Positions 13,690 to 26,734 of a DNA stretch of 64,000 nucleotides are shown here, one piece after another. This stretch comes from Octopus sinensis. Lineage: Eukaryota. The stretch covers positions 86,924,001-86,988,000 of the forward strand of contig NC_043006.1 in NCBI RefSeq assembly GCF_006345805.1, given 5' to 3'. Under the pieces are notes generated by a model that was given only the letters and a program-made list of their open reading frames with translations, was not told the DNA's origin and ran no database searches. Positions within the stretch are counted from its first letter, which is position 1. Every line of letters begins with the position of its first letter. The translations under genes and the position numbers were made by a program.

Positions 13690-13787
13690 GAATTGAAGCA
13701 ATGAAGGATTTCATATCAAGTCCGGTGGGATGTAGAAATAATCTTCTCAATTTAATTACTGGTTTACTGGACAAACTGTATAATTCT
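13690..13787 (+). CDS. Candidate internal exon (IEAMKDFISSPVGCRNNLLNLITGLLDKLYNS)
   Basis: ccattag|GA...TCT|gtgagg; phase 1 start is compatible with the phase-1 end of 7523-7617. Confidence 0.3.
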
Positions 13788-14964
13788 GTGAGGACTCATA
13801 TTATAACAGTTTCTTGTTTAGAATAGATAATTGGTGAACAAAACAACCAGTTACCAATGGTTTTAATCATCATCTTATAGCAAGAAAAAGATTAAGAGAG
13901 AGAGAAAAACAAGAAGTTGTAATAACAGAAAAAAGAGGAAAGAGAATGCAGAATAAAGAATAAGAAAAAGACAGGGAGAGATAAAGAAGAGAGGAAGAAA
14001 AGTAGAAAAGATAAATAATAAATGTGATATTATGACCAAAAAAGGAGACTGAGAGAGAGACAGAAAGAGAGAAAGACCAAGGATAACAAAACAGTACAAG
14101 TAAGAGAAAAAGAGTAAGAGAAAAAGAAAAATACAACTAAAGAGAAATAAAATAGAAAGAAAAATTGGAAGGTGATACAGTAAAAGGAAAAATGAGAGAC
14201 CTTGAAGTGAAAATTAAATGACATATTGAGATATATATCATATAAAAGAAAAAGAGGGCAAAGGAATAAACAATTATTATAAACAAGCTATGAATTGCTT
14301 TTAGAAGTTGAAATCTGTCACAAACATATTTTAACTAAGCTAAAGTTCGCTTATGGCTAAACACCCCTTGGCACTGATACTGCTGTAATTTTTTCTGACC
14401 TGGCAGTTAATGGCATAACTCAGTCAATGTTGTTGACTGTGTTTTAGTTAAAGCTATGGCTTTATTTAAATCTGTCCAGAGTTGTCTCTCTTCTGTATTT
14501 CCCATTGATAATGGCTAATGAGCTAGAAACACATCTAGAAATCCAACAGGGTGCAGCATAGAAATGGTGTTTTTACACCCCTTTATCATAAGAGAAAATT
14601 TTTTCTCCATGGCCTGGTACCAAAATTTGAAACCAATGTAGGTTATTGATGTTAATACAAATTTTTGCCAATAGATGATAAATACATATATATATACATT
14701 GGTTTTACACCTATAAAGCACTTAGTTGTATAGGCTGTATAGGCAACTTGTCAGACTCCAATGGGCAGAGGCATATAACTGCTCTATGACTGGAGGGAGG
14801 AAAACGTCACGGTCTGTTAGTAAACAAAAATTATTCAAAATGAATCCTACTGGCCAACTTTCAGGTGGGGAGGGTTATCTTACATTATCTTACATTGGTT
14901 CCAGCCACATCTGTAATGATTTTCAAAGCCATCAGCACGTTCCTATCCAGCAAATGGGGAATCC

Positions 14965-16570
14965 CAAGCTTGTTACAGGAAATGCCTCTGATGAGAGCAT
15001 TGGCTAAACACTTCTTTTCTTGAATTTTTAAAGGTCCCCTGTATCAAGTGAGTTTTTCAGGAATTTTGCTCTCTCAGCCAAGCAAAGCTTACATTGTTTG
15101 CACCCACTGTGGTATGGTTCTGGTTGTTCTATGAGTCTCCATTTAATTATGTATAGTGTGCCCACCTCTTTTAAATGCCATATGTAGTTGGCCAAGAACA
15201 GTATCCTAAGTGAAGACCCGTGACTGCTCAGACACGGGTTAAAGGGGCCACTTGTGCAACTGACATATTTCCATTTCTGTGCTCTTGTGTTGGTGGGGGT
15301 TAGTCATTGTTGTAGCTGTTAGTTACTCTGTTGCTATCACTGCTGGGCCCAATGCAGGTGCTGCTGTCACTGTTGCTGCTGCTGATGTCTGTGCCATTGC
15401 TACTCTTTTTGGATGTGATCCTGATGTTGGAGATACCACTGGTGCAGCCACTACTGCTGACATCATTGGTGGTGCTGTTGGTATTGCTGCCAGGGCTCTC
15501 TGCTGCTTGCCACATAGCCGGTGTTTCAGTTGTCACCACTGCTTACATTGCTGTTGTTGTTGTTATCAGTGGATGTTTCATTGGTGCCATTGCTATCGCT
15601 GTTACCAATGCTACCACTGCAGCTGTCAGTGCAAGTCATCACCTCAACCTCATACACTACCCTTTTGGCATCACATCAACCCAACCCCTACTGGGCATTC
15701 AATGTATACCCTAGTTCAGCATCCTGCCATTGCTTGTTGCATAAGGATGCTCACAAATATTTTCTTAAAGATGGGTGTGGAACTGAAACAGATCCTTAAG
15801 TTATGTCTATTAAACAAACGTCCATATCTCTGTGACTGTGTGAAGTGTTTGTCCACTAATCTAAGGAATATCCATCTCTTGCAAGACTTGATACTGAATG
15901 AGAAAGGTGGGGAAAACCAAATGACTTTATGGTGGTGCTTCCTTTTGCAGGTGCTAGAGTTCAGCATATAGATGTGGTCCTTAAACCCACTGGATGCCAA
16001 AGCCTTGTAATAGGAGGCAGCAGTGCCAAAAATCACTTGACTAGACGACAGATTCAAAATTCACTTGCTGACACCCTTCACTAGGTTCCTGAACATGATA
16101 GGTGGATGGCAGGAGGCTGTGTTGATGTATGATGGCTTACATTTGGGTTGAAGTATGGCCTGTATGAACAGGTGCTCAAATTCATATAATATCTGAAAAG
16201 GTGACTGTGGTAATGTTGGTCTCAATTGTAATCTTAAGTGCAGTGAAACTAAGGGTGCAGATTAGGTCCTTCCTAAGCCTATCCATGATATGTCCTCAAG
16301 AGATAGCTAAAGTGTCATCCCTGTATAGACGAAAGAGGACTGATGAGAACCTCTTCATTAAGGTGTCCAGTATATACAATCCTATAAGGCTGCAGATGTC
16401 TGTGCTGTCATAGACTTCCATCACCACATCAAAAGAATCAACCAGGTCAGTTTGTTTAACCCAGGTCAAACCTTTATTGAAGAGAAGTGTTTTCCTAGCA
16501 TGCATAATTACGTCTATGTCCCTATTACTAATGTCAGTAAAGTTCACAGCAAATGGAAGCACCTTAACTA
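14965..16570 (-). mobile_element. Decayed Penelope-like retroelement (RT + GIY-YIG endonuclease)
   Basis: IMHARKTLLFNKGLTWVK..FDVVMEVYDSTDICSLIGLYIL..LYRDD (RT, 16296-16562); VIWFSPPFS..FLRLVDKHF..LFNRHNLRICFS (15716-16057); KYVSCTSGPFNPCLSSHGSSLR and YIWHLKE..IKWRLIE..CKQCKLCLAE..FSQCSHQRHFL (GIY-YIG end, 14975-15270); stops and frameshifts throughout. Confidence 0.85.
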
Positions 16571-16987
16571 GTAACCCTTAAATATAAACTGATACTGTTG
16601 GCCTTTTAGGTATGGTATTAAATATAAAAAATATATATATATAATTATTCAGGACAAATAACTACATGAATATAGTAGGTCCTTACATAAAGTAATTTTG
16701 TTAAATATCATTTCATTATAATATCTATGTCAAACAACAAAATAACATACTGCAAAAAGTTTATGAAGTGTACAATACTCTTATAAACGCACAACAAGGA
16801 ACAATTCAATACATAATTGTTCAGTAAGTACTACAGATACTGGAGTAGTTATCCAACTCCAGATCGGAAGTGATCTGGAATTTTGGATTTTCCTGTTTCC
16901 CAAACCAAACTGGATGAACCAATACAAAGATATAAATGATAATGAATAAAAACACTGTAATATTCAATCCTATTATTTAGCAATTGT

Positions 16988-17210
16988 AAAGTGATAAACT
17001 GGCAGAATCATTGACCCTCAGAAAAGATGTTTTGCAGTATTCCTTTAAACTTTTTACATTCTGTGTTCAAATCCTGCCAAGGTAAACTTTGCCATTCATC
17101 CCTTCAGAGTCAATAAAATAAAGTACCACTCAAATGCTAGTGCTGAAGGTATCAACTAACACCCACCTTTCAAAATTGCAGATCTTTTGCCAAAACTTGA
17201 AACCATTATT
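16988..17210 (+). mobile_element. tRNA-derived SINE, family C
   Basis: Similar to 12028-12250. Confidence 0.7.
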
Positions 17211-17896
17211 TAATAATCCTCACTAATGATATATTGTTCACATGTTTACCACCTACTCTATTGAGGAGAAAATCTATTAAGGTACAACAATATTTAAAAT
17301 AAACAAGGCAGGATAAAAAATTAAATTGTCTTTAACAGATGCAAATACACTTTAAAATATATTCAACTGAAGCTTTTCATTAACAACCCTTCTTTCTTCC
17401 ATGTTCTGAGTGTAAAAGGCTTTCTTTTCAGTTTTCCATGTGCAAGTTGTTGTACTGTTGGTCATTTAGATATGTTGTAAAATAAAAATAAAATATGTAA
17501 TTATTTGTGACAAATAACTACATGGATGTAAAGAGGGGCATATGTATGTGGCAAGCTTTGATGCAGATTCTATCAAGCAAATTCTTCTCTACAAATGATT
17601 GGTAATTTTTAGGCTACAGTGTCATGCACTGGAATTGAGCCTAGAACATTGTGGCAGCAAAATGAAATCCTGATCCACACAGCCATAGCTATGCATATAG
17701 ACATACACACGACCATACTTACATATATCCCAAATTTGTTTGATGGTGCCTTAAGAAAGTACTATTGAGTAGGAACATTTGAGTAACTTAGCGAGTCATG
17801 TAATTACAAGGACAGCAGTGTTCAATAGGTCCATTGCGGATGAGATGTAGTGGCTTTATAACTAGATCACTGATGTCCTGTCTAGCATGGACTTAC

Positions 17897-17927
17897 CAAA
17901 GAAAGATTGCAAATTAGCAACTGGTAA
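17897..17927 (-). CDS. Candidate 31-nt mini-exon (LPVANLQSFF or YQLLICNLSL)
   Basis: Strong acceptor ttttctgtttttctctacag| and consensus donor TTG|gtaagt. Confidence 0.3.
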
Positions 17928-18460
17928 CTGTAGAGAAAAACAGAAAATTGCTTATCATGGATATGGAAGAGGCATTTCAGTGAAAGACCAAAACTAAGAG
18001 TGAAGTTTTAATCATCAGTAGCTCTTTGGTAAGGTAGCTGGATGGTAACAGGAATACAATAGCATTCTGTGATATCAACTAAAAGCACCTGGTCATTGCT
18101 TCGAAGTATCAAAGATAATCAGAACAACTGAGAAGTGCAATACAGTCAGAAAGTTGAAAATTTTTGTAACTTACAGATGATAGCAGATGAAGAAAAATAT
18201 CTTCACGCAATACATATTATATATCGTGTTGTTGTTTAACAAGACAGCTTTATTTGAGTAAGTCCTATGATGAAACCAATTCTAGTCATGACCATTTGAT
18301 CTATTTGTCCATCTAGGACTACATGACAAAAATGTTCTTCCTAATTTTTAAAACTGAAGGGTGTATTACTCCAAGGATATTTTGCTGTTACTTTCAGTAG
18401 GTTAAGTGACCAAGCAGAGACTTGGCATCTCATTTGTAGTCTCTCTCTCTCTCTCTTTCA

Positions 18461-18508
<48 letters not shown>

Positions 18509-18875
18509 CATATACAAGCACACACACACACACACATATATGACATGATAAGGATGTATAGCTAAATGACACAAATTTATGTTGTGCTACTATTTCATTA
18601 TATCCTTGTTTCTGATATATCTCTCCTTTTTATTTTTCAATATTTTTCAACTTTATTTTAACTTCATCATATTTCAGTCTTCAACATTTAAGGAGATGGT
18701 TATGGTTTTTTCATTCAATGAATTTCTTTCATTTCTTTTTATCATTATTCCTTTTTTTCCTTTCATCTCTTCTTTCAACTGAATACAACTCTACCAATGA
18801 TACATATGCACATACATATATATATTTATATACACATAAATTTATATGTATGTATGTCTGTATATGTATGTCTGC

Positions 18876-18922
<47 letters not shown>

Positions 18923-19456
18923 TATATGTATGTATGTATATATATATATTAGAGAGAGAGAGAGAGAGAGAGAGAGTGATACACATATATACACATATGT
19001 GTATACACACACACACAAACAAACACACTCACTCATACATACAAATGGTCACACATACGAAATTTTATTACTGTATGGTTAATTTTCAGTAACTAAAAGG
19101 AATTCAATTCATAGGTGAGTTAGAAATAGTCTTTATATAGTATTCAAGAGTCAGAAACAGTTACTAAAGTTTTTTTGCAGCTGCATACTGATTGCACCAA
19201 GGATGAATTCTTCCATATTGGTTACATTAATAGTCATCAGTCACAAAAATAATATGGTTGGTGAGGATATGCAAGAAAGAAAGGCAAAAAATGAGAGTAC
19301 ATTAAATCATCAGAGGAGTAGTGGAAATGAATAAGGGTGATAGCTCAGGGGCACAGAAAGTCAGATCAAGCTTTTGTAATGCACAATATGACGATAAAAT
19401 GTTATTTTGGAAAACAATGTAATGAAATATTAACATGTATACACACTCTAAATTAT

Positions 19457-19757
19457 AATTGCCGGTGGCATGTAAAAGGCACCATCTGAATGTGGCCGAT
19501 GCCAGCGCCTTGACTGGCACGTAAAAAGCACCAACGGACTGTGGCTGCTGCCAGCCTCCCCTGGCACCTGTGCCCGTGACATGTAAAAAGCACCCACCGC
19601 ACTCACAGAGTGGATGGTGTTAGGAAGGGCATCCAGCTGTAGAAACACAGCCAGATCAGACTGGAGCCTGGTGCAGCCATCTGGTTTGCCAGTCCTCAGT
19701 CAAATCGTCCAACCCATGCTAGTATGGAAAACGGACGTTAAACGATGATGATGATGA
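19457..19757 (+). mobile_element. Abundant short interspersed repeat, family D, with (GAT)n tail
   Basis: ggcacgtaaaaagcacc...gttaggaagggcatccagctgtagaaac...ccaacccatgctag..ggaaaacggacgttaaacgatgatgatg; many further copies in the window. Confidence 0.8.
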
Positions 19758-19972
19758 AGAGACATATGATTATATATATATATACATATATATATAAAGA
19801 GAGAGAGGTAAGCATAGTTATGTGTTCAAGAAATTTACTTTCCAGTCACTTGGCATCTCTGCTTCAGTCCCACTGCCAAAGTTTCATTCCACTGCATAAT
19901 ACCATGTGTGGTTGCCTTCTGTTACAATTGTCCTTTCTGGCTATGGATTTGTGAGTGCATTTAGCAGATGGA

Positions 19973-20021
<49 letters not shown>

Positions 20022-20129
20022 TTGTAAGTGTATTTGTGTGTATATATAATTAAAGTCAAAATTAATAACATCAATTTAAACACCAGTGGCCTAGTGCAAA
20101 AAGACTGAGATTCAGTAAATATTATTAAT

Positions 20130-20305
20130 ACACAAATATGAGAGAGAATCCACTATGTGGATGCTCTTATGCTAGATATAGATCCACAAAGGGACTCAAC
20201 CACTAAGAATTGTTCTCAAGAAAAATTCTTAGTGGTTGAGTCCCTTTGCGGATCTATATCTAGTGTAAGAGCATCCACATAGTGGATTCTCTCTCATATT
20301 TGTGT
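20130..20305. repeat. Near-perfect inverted repeat (82-bp arms, 12-nt loop)
   Basis: 20130-20211 vs 20224-20305; three non-Watson-Crick positions, two of them G-U compatible on the plus strand. Confidence 0.95.
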
Positions 20306-20571
20306 GTATATATATATACATTTGTATGTGTTATTGTGCCTTCTTGTCTTCACATCACGTGGCATCTGTTAACAGGTATCACCATCATGCATGCTGTGAA
20401 ATTCATTTCCATTCTTTCATGAAATCATGGAGTGATATTACTTGGCCTGTAAACAAGTGAGGGTTGGTGTTAGCATGGGCTATTGGCAATAGAAAATCCT
20501 TTCGTAACGAGTTCTGTCTGACCTATACAGGTGTGGAAAACTGAACATGAAAATAAAGTACATGATATATG

Positions 20572-20830
20572 TAAAGGTGCATAACTCAGTGGTTAAAGTG
20601 TTGGGCTCACAATCATGAGGTAATGAGTTCGATTTCCAGACTGGGCCATGTGTTGTGTTCTTGATTAAGACACTCTATTTCATGTTACAGTTCACTCAGC
20701 TGTAGAAATGAGTTGCGACAGCACTAGTGAAAAACTGAATCGACCTTTGCCTTTCCCTTGGCTAACATCAGTGGTATGGAGAGGGGAGACTGGTATGCAG
20801 GGGCAACTGTTGGTTTTCCATGAAAAACAC
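20572..20830 (+). mobile_element. tRNA-derived SINE with Deu/Nin-like central domain
   Basis: taactcagtggttaaag (A box), gagttcgatttcc (B box), cactcagctgtagaaatgagt central motif. Confidence 0.6.
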
Positions 20831-21440
20831 GTACACACACACAAACACACACACACACACACATATATATATGTATGTATAAAACAATCGATGAATTGCT
20901 TCAGCTACAGCTGTTTCAGGTGTGTTTTTTATTGATGAACAGTAGTGTTACATCATACAAAAACGAAACTGTTTTCAATAGGTAAGAATTAAACATTTTG
21001 GACATCCCAAGAACAAGTACAAAGTGTCACATGTCAGTAGAGTCATCATTCATGCATGCATACATACATACGTGCATGAATGCATGCATGCATGTATACA
21101 TACATACATACATACATACATACATACATACATACATACATACATACAGTATGTATATATGTATGTATTATACATGTATATACAGGGGGTGTGAAAAAGA
21201 AGGAATACAGTAAGGATCACATCAATGCTATAATACTTGATTTGTTAAAATTATTAGCACTGTAGATTAGTAAGCCTCCTTTTCGATATTTACAGTGTCA
21301 TTAATCATAATAATACATTTATCATAACTATGATATTTTTATGGTAACTTTTAATCTTTTAGATAAAAAATAAATGAGTATTGTACGTGCTTTCTTTTTA
21401 CATAACACTGTATACCTACTTTTGCACCATATATATATAT

Positions 21441-21638
21441 AGTTAATCCAAACATGAAAACACAAAGAGAAAACACAACAACGCGAGGACGTGGAACAAG
21501 TATAGTGCTATTGGACACTCAGGAAAGAAGGAGGGTTTAACGTTTCGAGCGGAGCTCTTCGTCAGAAACATAGGAAAAGGAAAGATCCAAAGAAGGGAAG
21601 ACGGAGGAAAAAAAAAATCGCCAATGGTACACACGCGG
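21441..21638 (-). mobile_element. Short HHR-bearing element, family 1, flanked by (TA)n
   Basis: Shares the HHR and the terminal tttggattaa with the units at 604 and 2262. Confidence 0.7.
21535..21569 (-). ncRNA. Minimal type-I hammerhead ribozyme, family 1, intact core
   Basis: GTTT-CTGACGA-A-GAGC(TCC)GCTC-GAAA-C-GTT^AAAC: stem I GTTT/AAAC, stem II 4 bp, palindromic ACGT stem III. Confidence 0.75.
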
Positions 21639-21905
21639 TATATATAAATATATATGTATATGTATACACACACTGTATATATTTATATATGGCCAGCATT
21701 CATGTGGTTTCCATCCACAAATTTCTTTTATGAGGTATTGGTTGGTCCAAAACTAGAATACAAAAGGCACTCATCCAAAGTCACACACAGCAGAATTGAA
21801 CAGGAAACCACATGCAGGTAAAGGAAAACCTTTATCCATACAGCTAGCCCTGCATCATGAATTTCTCTATATCTATAACTATATCTTTCTATCTATCTAT
21901 CTATC

Positions 21906-21936
<31 letters not shown>

Positions 21937-21951
21937 CTATATATATATATC

Positions 21952-22207
21952 TCATCCTCATCATTTAATGACCATTTTCCATGCTAGCATGGGTTGGACG
22001 GTTTGACTGGGGTCTGGGAAGCTGGGAGGCTGCACCAGGCTCCAGTCTGATCTGGCAGTGTTTCTACAGCTGGATGCCCTTCTTAGCACCAACCACTCTG
22101 TGAGTGTAGTGGGTGCTTTTTATGTGCCACCGGCACAGGGGCCAGTGGAGGCTGACATACGGCCACAATCGGTTGGTGCTTTTTACGTGCCACCGGCACA
22201 GAAGCCA
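21952..22207 (-). mobile_element. Family D short interspersed repeat
   Basis: Reverse-complement match to 19457-19757. Confidence 0.8.
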
Positions 22208-22449
22208 GTCATATATTTCTATATATATATGTGTGTCTGTGTGTGTGTGTATGCATAAGTATATATATGGATATAATCTATCTATCTACTATCTATCTAT
22301 CTATCTCTCTATATATATATCTTTATATATATGTATATTTATATGTATATATTCACACACATGCACACAATCATACATACAAAGACAAACAAGCATATTC
22401 GCTTTGCTATCTATTCCTGTTTTCAGTTTCCAGTTCTTTAGTCCTTGAG

Positions 22450-22541
22450 CTTGCAAAGAAGCTAAGAAATGCTTCAGTGTGTTGTCACTGAATGACTGTG
22501 AAGAGGAACATAAAAGAGTAAGAAATGTAGTGAGGGAGATG
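22450..22541 (+). CDS. Candidate exon (ACKEAKKCFSVLSLNDCEEEHKRVRNVVREM)
   Basis: Consensus donor ATG|gtaagt; pyrimidine-rich upstream region; only the gag acceptor at 22448-22449 (or a later cag) gives an open frame. Confidence 0.25.
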
Positions 22542-23358
22542 GTAAGTAGGAGAATTGGGGTAGATCAGAGTAGACAAAAGATAAAGAGAGAAAAGATAGA
22601 AAAAAAATTAAAGAATCAGGTAAACCAAAATGGTGGAAATTGGTAGTACTTAGTCAATGAGAATAAATAACTAAATACATTATGCGTTTGTGTATATCAA
22701 CTGTTCTCCTGTTCTCACACTCCACTTTCTCTGCATATGTGTGTGTGTGTGCATGCATGTGTGTGTATGCATGTGTATAATCAAAAATTTTTATATATAT
22801 GTATACATGCACATATGTATGCATCAATATATATTTACAGATATATGTATATGTACATATATATTATGCTGATATATTCATACATATATATACATGTATA
22901 TATATATATATATGTGTGTGCATATATATATATACATACAAAAACGCACACATATGTATATATATATATATGTATGTATGTGTATATACACATGTACAAT
23001 TGTATATAAATACTGCATATATATATTAAATTAATAATCTATATATACACACACATATTTACATACACATACTTATGTGTATGTGTGCATGTATATATTT
23101 ATGCATGTAATATATATATCGTGAAACAAAGTCACACATTTAAATAGAGGCAAAATATTCAGAAACATATTCACAGATAATTATGCTTTTTACTTTCTTT
23201 TGGGAATTTACAACAATTTTTCTATTGGTAAAATAAAATTATGGCGACTACTTTCAGATGCAACATCAATTCTCTGTCCTTACCCATGGAAAGATGTTTC
23301 TAAGCACATACACACATGTATGTATATATGCATGTATATATACATATATATATTATAT

Positions 23359-23397
<39 letters not shown>

Positions 23398-23519
23398 AGT
23401 TAACAGTTAAATTTCACTGGGAGATACAAGCACACTCATATTTATATCTATATAAATATATATGTGTAATATATATATATTATATATATACACTCATATT
23501 TATATCTATATAAATATAT

Positions 23520-23583
<64 letters not shown>

Positions 23584-23617
23584 CACTCATATTTATATCT
23601 ATATAAATATATATGGT

Positions 23618-23663
<46 letters not shown>

Positions 23664-23667
23664 TATA

Positions 23668-23715
<48 letters not shown>

Positions 23716-23747
23716 TATATATATATGCACATCATATATATATATGC

Positions 23748-23818
<71 letters not shown>

Positions 23819-24078
23819 TATATATATGTATATAATATATATTACACACGCTCACACACATACACACACACAAACAAAGTGAAAGAGAGAGATGACTTGA
23901 TAGATATTTGAAGTAAATGAATATATTGTGTTCTATATTATACATTTTCAACACATACAGACATAAAGATATGCAGACATTTATATAAAAGAATACACAT
24001 ACATATCTATATTTATCAATTCATCTCCTTGTAAGAATTGTGTATGTCTGTGTGTGTCTGTATAAATATATATATATG

Positions 24079-24138
<60 letters not shown>

Positions 24139-24338
24139 TAAATATCAATACACGTGTACATGTCTATATAATTTTTAAATGCATATATAATATATTATAT
24201 GCATCTATATTTATCACCTAAGTCTGTAGACTGATTTATGAATGTTTGGATGTGTGAATACATATGTATGTATGTATGTTTTTCTTTGTGTTTCTGTACA
24301 CATTATATAGATTACATGATGTACATACACACATTATA

Positions 24339-24382
<44 letters not shown>

Positions 24383-24566
24383 TGAATAAAGACTAGTGGT
24401 AAATCTATCTTCTGTTTCCTTCATCACTTATAATATGTATATGTGTAATATATATATATATATATATGAAGTGAAAGCTGTTCGTAATACTTATGTACAC
24501 ATACATAAACAGAGATGATATATATATATCAACATACATACACATATACATTATACATACATACAT

Positions 24567-24608
<42 letters not shown>

Positions 24609-24679
24609 ATATATACATACATGATATATATTTATACACATATAATTTATACATATACATGTATATATACATATATGCA

Positions 24680-24721
<42 letters not shown>

Positions 24722-26734
24722 GCTTACATACATATACTCTTTAACTCATTTATTTGTTTCAGTCATTTGACTGCAGCCACGCCAGAGCACTATATGCATA
24801 CATATATAATCGTATATACATACAAACACACACACACCCATATAAGTATGTATCTATGTATATATATACGTAGATACATAAACAAAGTGATAAATTGATA
24901 AAATTAGTACATAGAGAGAGAAATGCATTGATAAATTCATGCAATAAGGAAATATCTAATGATGTATACAGGTCCACATTTCATAAAAGTTATATAATTG
25001 TATATAGAAATGACTTTAGTAGACATAAAATGAGAAGTACAATTTTCTTGAATTTATGTGTTCGTCAATACTATCTGATATGCATAGACACATTCAAAAC
25101 TCCCTTGTATATACCTACATACAGCCATACATAGAGACATATAATGTGTATATACGTATACATAGATTGTATATGCTTGTATAATATGTGTGTGTGTATA
25201 TATCTATACCTATATATATATCTATATCTATATCTATATATCTATCTATATATATATATATATATATATGTTAGTAAGTATTTGTTCATGTAATGTGTGT
25301 GTGTTTACACACATATACATAAAGTAGATGAACAGAGAAACAGGTAGACAAATAGACAGACGGCAACTAATATTGCCTGTTGAAGCACATTTATATCAGG
25401 TAACTTTGTAAATCCAAATTAATTATAGACTGTAATGTAACATGAAAAAAGCCATCTTAGGATATTCAAGATTCTGTAATTTTCGTCTTTTATTTTATTA
25501 TTATTTTATTTTTTTCATTTATTTTCTTTGTCAGTCATTTTAATCTATTTTTATAATACTGTTTGTTGATGTATGTTTTTCATTTTTATATTTCTTAAAA
25601 GTAAAATGATTATGATTCTGTTTCTTTCATCTGCCCATACACACTTCTTATCTACTCCATCCTTACCACCATTCACTCATTAGCACCAAGAAATAATTCT
25701 GAAGATAGATGTGTATACTCTTGCTGGATAGTTTATACTTTGATATATTCTGTAGTGTCTATCTGCATATATATATGTATGTGTGTGCATGAGTGTTTGT
25801 GTACATATATATTCATCAGCCTCATCATCATTTTAACACACCCTTTTCCATGCTTGCATGGGTCAGATGGAGTTTATTGAGAAAGATTTGCTATGACCAG
25901 GTGCTCTTCCTGTCACCTATTCTCACATGTTTCTGTTCAAGGTAATATATTTCCCCACCACTTGGGCTATTAGAAATGAATGACTCTGCTTGTATGACAG
26001 TGACACTCATTTACAAATATCATGTGATGTCAAGACAAGGAGACACACACACACACACACATAGCAGGATTCTTTCAGTTTCCATCTAGCAATTCCACTC
26101 ACAAGTTTTGGTCAGGCTAAAGGTGCCAAGCAGTAGGTCTTGTGTTTTGGAAGCAAACTACATCTTCCCCCCCACACACACAAACACACTGGTATGAGCA
26201 TGGTTACGAGGTAGCAAATTCACTTTGCAAACGTGGTTTTGAGTTCACTCCCACTGTATGGCACATCAAAACCTTGCATTTGGATTTTGTACAAGGAAAT
26301 TGAAGAAATCCTGTTGTAGATATGTGTGTGTGTGTGTGATTGTATGCATGCAGGTAGATGTGTCTTCATGTCTTCTTACCTTGACTTCATTATTGTATAT
26401 ATGCGTCATCATCATCATCATACAAGGGATGTTGTTCATTTGCAATCATCCATGCAAGCATGTCCAGCTGGTCATGTTTAATGGACTAAAGAAATATTTG
26501 CTTGCTCGGAAAGAGATGAGGATTGCTATGAGGAAGCATATCTAGCTTGAGAAAATCTGTCTCAACAAATCTTGTCTGACCTATGCAAGCATGGGAAAAT
26601 AAGAGAGTAAGAGCAAGAAAGAGGAGTTGATAGAAAAATGGGAGAGTGAGGGTAAAAGACAGCAACCCATCATGAGAGTGTATCTCTCTTTCACTATTAT
26701 CTCCTGTATCATCCTCTCATACCTATTACCCTGG

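Noticed and set aside
14988-15010. Plus-strand CTGATGA-gagcattggct-aaac HHR look-alike
   Set aside because: Lacks the G of GAAA and stems I/III; it is the antisense of the PLE coding end
15660-15720. In-frame TGA codons next to cysteines in the PLE linker (possible selenocysteine)
   Set aside because: The fossil has many stops and frameshifts; CGA-to-TGA decay explains them, and no SECIS was identified
15279-15971. 230-aa plus-strand ORF resembling a membrane or Cys-rich protein
   Set aside because: Antisense reading of the PLE low-complexity insert and linker
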